A DNA stretch of 64,000 nt, from positions 25,029 through 89,028 of the IMG/VR virus record IMGVR_UViG_3300028805_000088. One strand, written 5' to 3'. A program made the position numbers and the translations under genes. The notes under the pieces were generated by a model. That model had not been told where the DNA came from and did not search any database. It saw only the letters and a list, made by a program, of their open reading frames with translations. Positions 58,744 to 64,000 of the stretch are shown here, piece by piece; within the stretch, counting starts at the first letter, position 1; every line of letters starts with the position of its first letter. The DNA is from a virus (lineage: Duplodnaviria > Caudoviricetes).

Positions 58744-59499
58744 ATGTTAAACATGAAAAAAAATGAATTAGATATATACCTTTTAGAGCATGGCTATAAA
58801 AGCCGTGAACTAGAAATAATAAAAGAAGGTAAAACAGGACATGGTATCCTAATCGAGAATGATGGCTTTATGTATTTGAAGAATACAAAGGAAAACAAGA
58901 TGATTAGGGAAAGTATAGAAAATGGTGAATGGAATATACCACATCCATTTGTTGTTGATGCAGTATTTCAGAAGTTTGGTATAAAGAATGCAAACGGTAG
59001 AATATACCCAGAAGAGGTATTGAAGAAGCAAGTTGAAATATACCAACAGAAGATTGATGAGAGAAGAGCATTAGGTGAATTAAACCACCCAGCAGAATCA
59101 ACAATTGACCTTGATAGGATTGCAATCAATATCATAGAGCTTCATTGGGAAGGTAGAACATTGGTTGGCAAACTTGAGATTAACACATCATACGGATTTA
59201 GAAAATATGGTATTGTTTCAACTCGTGGAGACCAGATGGCTAACTTATTGCTCAATGGATATAAGATTGGTGTATCATCAAGAGGTGTTGGCTCAGTTGA
59301 ACAGAAACTTGGACAATACATTGTAGGTGATGACTTCGAACTTATATGTTGGGATGTTGTTAGTGACCCATCAACTCCAGGCGCATACATCGGAACTCAA
59401 GAAGAACTAACACAATATCTAGAGACTGATACAACAAAAGAAGAAAAGCCTAAACTTAATGAAAAAATAGATAGGATAAAGAGCATTCTTAATTCATAA
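58744..59499 (+). CDS. prohead core protease, T4 gp21-like
   Basis: KNANGRIYP, LGELNHP, GVSSRGVGS, WDVVSDPSTPGA. Confidence 0.92.
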   Translation: MLNMKKNELDIYLLEHGYKSRELEIIKEGKTGHGILIENDGFMYLKNTKENKMIRESIENGEWNIPHPFVVDAVFQKFGIKNANGRIYPEEVLKKQVEIYQQKIDERRALGELNHPAESTIDLDRIAINIIELHWEGRTLVGKLEINTSYGFRKYGIVSTRGDQMANLLLNGYKIGVSSRGVGSVEQKLGQYIVGDDFELICWDVVSDPSTPGAYIGTQEELTQYLETDTTKEEKPKLNEKIDRIKSILNS

Positions 59500-59500
59500 C

Positions 59501-59532
59501 AAAAAAGCGAGACCAATTTAAGTCTCGCTTTT
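59501..59532. terminator. terminator after protease
   Basis: AAAAGCGAGAC/GTCTCGCTTTT. Confidence 0.85.
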
Positions 59533-59628
59533 ATTTTGGTAATAATATAGCAATTTACATAAAGGAGGGTCTTCTCGCTAAACTTTCAATAAAAAAGGAG
59601 ACTGTGATACAATCTCCGTTAATTTTTG

Positions 59629-59916
59629 TTAAACTACTTGAACTTCTGTGATGTGAATGTAATTCAGAATTGTTCTTCCATCACGAAGTTCTTGTGCTGA
59701 CAGGATTTTTGTGTTTCCTTCATAATTTGGTATTATCTGATAATCAGTGTATTGTTTCACTGTATATCGCTTTTCCTTACCATATTCAGTTACAACTGCA
59801 ATGTCACCGTCAACACCCTCAAACCGCTTAGTGTTGTTGTTGTAGAGTTTACCATCTTTGACTTTCATATAAACAGGGACATCACAGATTTCATCTTTGA
59901 TTTTTATTTGTGCCAT
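59629..59916 (-). CDS. hypothetical protein
   Basis: ORF followed by a terminator. Confidence 0.6.
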   Translation of the reverse strand: MAQIKIKDEICDVPVYMKVKDGKLYNNNTKRFEGVDGDIAVVTEYGKEKRYTVKQYTDYQIIPNYEGNTKILSAQELRDGRTILNYIHITEVQVV

Positions 59917-59939
59917 CTTCTATATTATTACTTTTATTT

Positions 59940-60314
59940 TTACCACATACCACGATATAAGTCACCGTCTGATGGACTATCATTAATAGGATTCACATCA
60001 TCCCTATACCAATCAGGGTCTTCCTCATATCCTTCTGGTTCATCATCGTTCCAACCAATCACATCACTATGTTGGTCATAATGCGTTGGGTCAATGTTCT
60101 CTTCACCTTTAGCACCCCAGTCATGTTGATTTCTGAATTCGTTTTCAGCTTCATATCTATCAATCTGGTCTTCAAATGGCTCATAGTTATTCAACACATC
60201 GTCTTCGTCTTGATGCCAATCGTTTCCCAATACGCCTTCTTTCAATATCTTGCTAACTGACCTTTCTATTATTCTATGTAAGTCAGATTCTGTCAATCTT
60301 ATAATCTTTTTCAT
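59940..60314 (-). CDS. tagged acidic late protein (IRLTESDLHRI...ILKE)
   Basis: N-terminal tag shared with 60948..61295; very acidic body. Confidence 0.75.
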   Translation of the reverse strand: MKKIIRLTESDLHRIIERSVSKILKEGVLGNDWHQDEDDVLNNYEPFEDQIDRYEAENEFRNQHDWGAKGEENIDPTHYDQHSDVIGWNDDEPEGYEEDPDWYRDDVNPINDSPSDGDLYRGMW

Positions 60315-60348
60315 ATTATTATAGTTTTATAATAAATATCAAGATGAC

Positions 60349-60783
60349 TTACTTTCGTTTCTCAATAGTAAAATCATTTTCCTTAAAAAGATATACTAGG
60401 TTGTTAACAACAGTACTTATCCTTCCATTGAGTATATTCTTTAGGTCTTTAAGAGACTTTTTGTTGGCTTCGTTCTGCCTCAGATAAAAGTCAAATGATA
60501 GAAACTTTTTATCGCCAATCCCAAAATTATCTGTATTGAGGTCAAAATCCAATATAAACTTTTTATCAAAATTTATTCCATCCATGAGAAATATCTTTAT
60601 ATTTTTCCTCATTTCTTTTTCAATATTTGATATTACATTATCATAATCCATTTTAATCTGTGGAGATACCCAACACCTTCCACTGACGTAAACCACTTGT
60701 GGGTTATCTTTGTTTACACTACCATATTTAACTACAATATGATTGCACACATCTAATTTATATTCCTTATTTAAACGCTTCAT
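60349..60783 (-). CDS. hypothetical protein
   Basis: own promoter 60807..60837. Confidence 0.65.
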   Translation of the reverse strand: MKRLNKEYKLDVCNHIVVKYGSVNKDNPQVVYVSGRCWVSPQIKMDYDNVISNIEKEMRKNIKIFLMDGINFDKKFILDFDLNTDNFGIGDKKFLSFDFYLRQNEANKKSLKDLKNILNGRISTVVNNLVYLFKENDFTIEKRK

Positions 60784-60806
60784 TTGTTATATTGTTTAGT
60801 ACATAT

Positions 60807-60837
60807 AAAATATAACAATTTTTTGTTAAAAATCAAT
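60807..60837 (-). promoter_or_regulatory. variant (middle?) promoter
   Basis: ATTG-N19-TATATTTT on the minus strand. Confidence 0.55.
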
Positions 60838-60852
60838 AGGCGGTATAAAAAT

Positions 60853-60882
60853 AAAATGGGCGAATCGGAGAGATTCGCCCAT
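60853..60882 (-). terminator. intrinsic terminator
   Basis: ATGGGCGAATC/GATTCGCCCAT. Confidence 0.8.
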
Positions 60883-60947
60883 ATGTTTGACAAGTCCATT
60901 GGCTTAGTTCGTAAATGGAGTGAGATTAGAGTAGGTTTGATGGCTGC

Positions 60948-61295
60948 TTAATAGGTTTTACCTTTTTCAAATATTGTTTTTAGAGATGTAAAGCCATTAT
61001 CATCATAAATACCTGAATATTTTTCAACTTTTATACCACATATCCCACCTTTAGAATGTGCTTCTTTGATAGCTGCATCTATTGCCTCTTCATCAGAAGA
61101 GAAGATTGCTGGACTCGAAACATCTCCACCACTCGCATAAAACAAATTAATTCGATGTGTAGGTTCTTTTGAAAAGTCTTCATCAGGGAAGAAGTTAAAT
61201 GGGTCTTTATATGCTTCTTTCAAAATTTTATTTACAGACTCTTTTACTATTCTATGTAAATCAGATTCTGTTAATCTAATTAATTTCTTATTCAT
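60948..61295 (-). CDS. tagged late protein (IRLTESDLHRIVKESV...ILKE)
   Basis: N-terminal tag; late motif at 61327..61334. Confidence 0.75.
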   Translation of the reverse strand: MNKKLIRLTESDLHRIVKESVNKILKEAYKDPFNFFPDEDFSKEPTHRINLFYASGGDVSSPAIFSSDEEAIDAAIKEAHSKGGICGIKVEKYSGIYDDNGFTSLKTIFEKGKTY

Positions 61296-61334
61296 ATTAT
61301 AATACATATTATTTCGTTATTTTAATAATAAATA

Positions 61335-62660
61335 TCATTCATTTTCATTTTCTTCACTAGGGTTAATTAAAATATGCTCCTCATCAATTGGCTCATCAAT
61401 TGCCACCTCTGGCAGTGCGCTATCAATTGCTACCTCTGGGTCGTATCCAACCAACGTCACCTCAGATGTTTTTTCAATGTCATCCCTACTGATTCTAACC
61501 ATTATATTATCACCATTAATGAATTTTATATCATTTTCCAAATTCATTAACTCACCATTCACCAACAGTTTGAAATCGAATACATTTTTTGTTTCTACTG
61601 ATTCAAGAACCATATCTTTGTCTATTTCAAATTCAAGTTCTGTCACACAATCGAAATTCATTATAACCTTCATTATTTTATTATAATATCTGTCGGGTTT
61701 CTTTTCGCAGCAATCGTCAGCGTCACTCGTTTCCTCAAATATTTCTGAAGGTTTGTCTGTTGGTATCATATCTGGAACTGGGCAATTCACATCATCATTC
61801 ACCAATGACTCAATTTTGAATTTCTGTTCCTCATCTGGTTTGAACGTCATAAATGTAACTTTATCTTCATCCCTTCTGTTCTTACCTCTGCGATGAACAA
61901 TACCAGTAGCATCTGAATCACGCCAAGGCAATAAAAACCTTGACGGAATTCTTTCTACCTTGTAGTCTTCTTTTCTTATAATGTATCCCCTTACTTTGAC
62001 CTTATATGTCTGCGAATAGTATTTACGGTCATCTATTGCATACTCAGAATTATCGGAAACGTCCTCAAGCGTCATTGACATTGGATGCCCATTAGGGGAA
62101 ATATAACAATCAATTGCGCTAAATTCATAGTGCATAAGTTCGTTCATTTCATTTATTATCTCCATTTTGTTGGCAACAATGGAAATCGAATAAATGAAAT
62201 TTACTTGAAACGGCTGTTTCATTGTGTATTTGTCATAAGCCTCTGTTCCATTTTCTTGTAACACTGGAACATAAAACATCGCAAAATCCTTATGTCCAGG
62301 AATATTGAAATAGTTTCCTTGGCTTTCGCCTTTCTGAGGGTTATTCTCACGTGTAACAGTTTTGAAATTTATAATTGGATTACCAGTTTCATCTTGTTTA
62401 TCCCATTCTTGAATGTATTCACTAAGTCTTTGTGTGCTGTATAGTTTATATGTAGGAAGCCTTTTTCCGTCATACGTTATCTGTATGTGTTCTTCCACCC
62501 ACTTAAACATAGCATTGTCTATGTCAGAATATTCTATCGGTTTTGGGAATGGAGTTCCTTTTTCCAATATCATTTTTGACATATTACGTCTGCGCTCAGT
62601 TCCAAATGCAGAATGTCTGAGTTTAATAGCGTCCATATATGGTTTTGGTTGTATTAGCAT
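61335..62660 (-). CDS. tail completion / sheath terminator-like protein (gp15-like)
   Basis: DIDNAMF.WV, QPFQVNFIYSISI..NK..IINE pattern; late motif. Confidence 0.5.
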   Translation of the reverse strand: MLIQPKPYMDAIKLRHSAFGTERRRNMSKMILEKGTPFPKPIEYSDIDNAMFKWVEEHIQITYDGKRLPTYKLYSTQRLSEYIQEWDKQDETGNPIINFKTVTRENNPQKGESQGNYFNIPGHKDFAMFYVPVLQENGTEAYDKYTMKQPFQVNFIYSISIVANKMEIINEMNELMHYEFSAIDCYISPNGHPMSMTLEDVSDNSEYAIDDRKYYSQTYKVKVRGYIIRKEDYKVERIPSRFLLPWRDSDATGIVHRRGKNRRDEDKVTFMTFKPDEEQKFKIESLVNDDVNCPVPDMIPTDKPSEIFEETSDADDCCEKKPDRYYNKIMKVIMNFDCVTELEFEIDKDMVLESVETKNVFDFKLLVNGELMNLENDIKFINGDNIMVRISRDDIEKTSEVTLVGYDPEVAIDSALPEVAIDEPIDEEHILINPSEENENE

Positions 62661-62704
62661 AACTTATATTTTATCAATAAATAGTGTTAAAAGCATTTAA
62701 AATA

Positions 62705-62736
62705 TTTGGTCAAATGAATTATTTTTAGTATATTTG
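62705..62736 (+). promoter_or_regulatory. Bacteroidota sigma-A promoter with no substantial downstream gene
   Basis: TTTG-N20-TATATTTG. Confidence 0.65.
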
Positions 62737-62765
62737 CACAACCGAATAATATATTATTATAAAAA

Positions 62766-62800
62766 CAAAATGGCTGAGATTTACTTCTCAGCCATTTTTT
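62766..62800. terminator. bidirectional terminator
   Basis: AAAATGGCTGAGA/TCTCAGCCATTTT. Confidence 0.85.
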
Positions 62801-63024
62801 CATCTTGATAATTTATCAAGTCTGTTTATTATATCCCCAAGCTGTTGAACGACAAACACGTTTTTAGTTAAGCCGTTTTTAAGCATTCTATCATAAATTT
62901 CGGAAAGTGTTTTCTTACAGTTTCTCATTGCTATCAAATCACCTTCCCCCCAATAAAAATTTTCATTAATCATACACTTACTTTTTAGATAATCATTTAT
63001 TACTTCCGTTATAATATTTTTCAT
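62800..63024 (-). CDS. small hypothetical protein
   Basis: MKNIITEVINDYL...MINE. Confidence 0.6.
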   Translation of the reverse strand: MKNIITEVINDYLKSKCMINENFYWGEGDLIAMRNCKKTLSEIYDRMLKNGLTKNVFVVQQLGDIINRLDKLSR

Positions 63025-63029
63025 AACAA

Positions 63030-63965
63030 TTAATCATCCATTAATATATCTCTTATTTCCAATAGTTTCGCAATATCTTTCACGATGTTGTTCTTATCAA
63101 ATACCATTTCGTTAAGTTGGCTGCTCAAACCTTTAAGTTCTTCATTGTTTGAATCTTCTTTAAGCATTGATGTGATAGCTGTTAGACACTCCTCTTTAAG
63201 TTTATTAAACAGTTTCTTTTTTCTCTGTTCTGCAATTGGGCTTCTAAAATCTGTAATTTGCTGCACAAATGACATTTCAGATTCATTAAGGTTTGTTTTC
63301 ATCTTGTCCTCAAACTCACTTATCAAATCGTCAATATTTTTGCTTTCTTTAATCACATCGTTTTTATGATTTTCCATATATTGGCAAACCGTATGATAAC
63401 TTTCGATGAGTGGTATCATATTTGCAGTTGTTTTCTTATGTGTTAGAATAATATGACCTGATTCATATAGTTTTCTACTTTCATCATCAATGAAATCACT
63501 AGGAATTATATTGTTTTCAAGCATCACTTTTCTCAGTTTTTTATTTGACTCCCTAACTGTTTTCTGGTCTATTCCCTTAACAGAAATATCAGCCAATTTC
63601 TCTAGTACTTCTTTTGCTTCGGAAATAGTTGCAGCCTTGCCCTTATATTGCGTTTTAATCGCATTGTAGAAGGCGAATTCGTTCTTTAGGTTACTATCTT
63701 CCTTTATTAATTTTACAACGTCTCTGACAGCCTTTTTGTTCGTCTTAAATAACGTAGGCAATTGCTGTTCAAATATATGATTTAAGATACCGAAATTATT
63801 AGTTTTCATTTCAGACAACAATTCATTCTCATGTTTATTATCTTCAATTGTCTCATCTAGCATACGTTTTGCTGCATTATAAGCACCGAAATCATTTCTT
63901 TTAAGTGCCTCATTCATTATTTCAATATAATTTGAAAACTCTTTTTGATATTTATTCTCTTTCAT
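63030..63965 (-). CDS. helical head-assembly-region protein
   Basis: 311 aa helical ORF in the head module. Confidence 0.55.
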   Translation of the reverse strand: MKENKYQKEFSNYIEIMNEALKRNDFGAYNAAKRMLDETIEDNKHENELLSEMKTNNFGILNHIFEQQLPTLFKTNKKAVRDVVKLIKEDSNLKNEFAFYNAIKTQYKGKAATISEAKEVLEKLADISVKGIDQKTVRESNKKLRKVMLENNIIPSDFIDDESRKLYESGHIILTHKKTTANMIPLIESYHTVCQYMENHKNDVIKESKNIDDLISEFEDKMKTNLNESEMSFVQQITDFRSPIAEQRKKKLFNKLKEECLTAITSMLKEDSNNEELKGLSSQLNEMVFDKNNIVKDIAKLLEIRDILMDD

Positions 63966-64000
63966 ATCGTTTTCTTTTATTGTATTTTTAGGTTCTTTTT

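Noticed and set aside
60883-60947. GC-richer spacer with a short stem, considered as a ribozyme (also 59533..59590)
   Set aside because: No hammerhead (CUGAUGA/GAAA) or HDV/theta core could be fitted; probably 3' UTR or a gene remnant
573-63369. Many 60-160 aa ORFs antisense to or overlapping the long genes
   Set aside because: Shadow ORFs expected from codon bias of coiled-coil and acidic proteins; no promoter, start context or motifs
1-64000. Stop-codon reassignment (TAG=Gln) as in Lak and some crAss-like phages
   Set aside because: Polymerase, MCP, helicase and fibres are all full length under code 11; TAG appears only as a plausible stop and no suppressor tRNA is visible
1-64000. CRISPR array, TIGR-like array, tRNA or rRNA genes
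   Set aside because: Intergenic regions are short and show no regular repeat-spacer units or cloverleafs; repeats seen are coding coils or terminators

Overview
The window is a 64 kb segment of a large lytic, T4-like (gp21/gp22/gp23-type head module) jumbo phage. It uses the standard genetic code and almost certainly infects a Bacteroidota host: there are repeated TTTG-N20-TAnnTTTG promoters and A-rich leaders with no Shine-Dalgarno sequence. It encodes five paralogous modular coiled-coil fibre proteins, a family B DNA polymerase with a LAGLIDADG intein in motif C, four free-standing Zn-repeat/PD-(D/E)xK endonucleases, and PhoH, dUTPase and GMP reductase/IMPDH. It also encodes four glycosyltransferases, a gp55-like late sigma factor, baseplate/neck/tail-completion proteins, an SNF2 helicase, the major capsid protein, a scaffold and the prohead protease. 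I found no tRNA, rRNA, CRISPR array or reverse transcriptase. The most interesting observations are: (1) a stand-alone paralogue of the capsid-protein N-terminal domain inside the glycosyltransferase cluster; (2) a portable LTESDLHRI...KE tag on late-expressed cargo proteins, suggesting head packaging and injection, with a weaker version on a PRTase; (3) a late promoter that is the reverse complement of the T4 late promoter, plus a third promoter class; (4) a leader-peptide/terminator attenuator in front of phoH; (5) a circularly permuted Fib_succ_major domain; and (6) apparent GATC avoidance. All functional calls come from motif recognition by eye; no database search was run.
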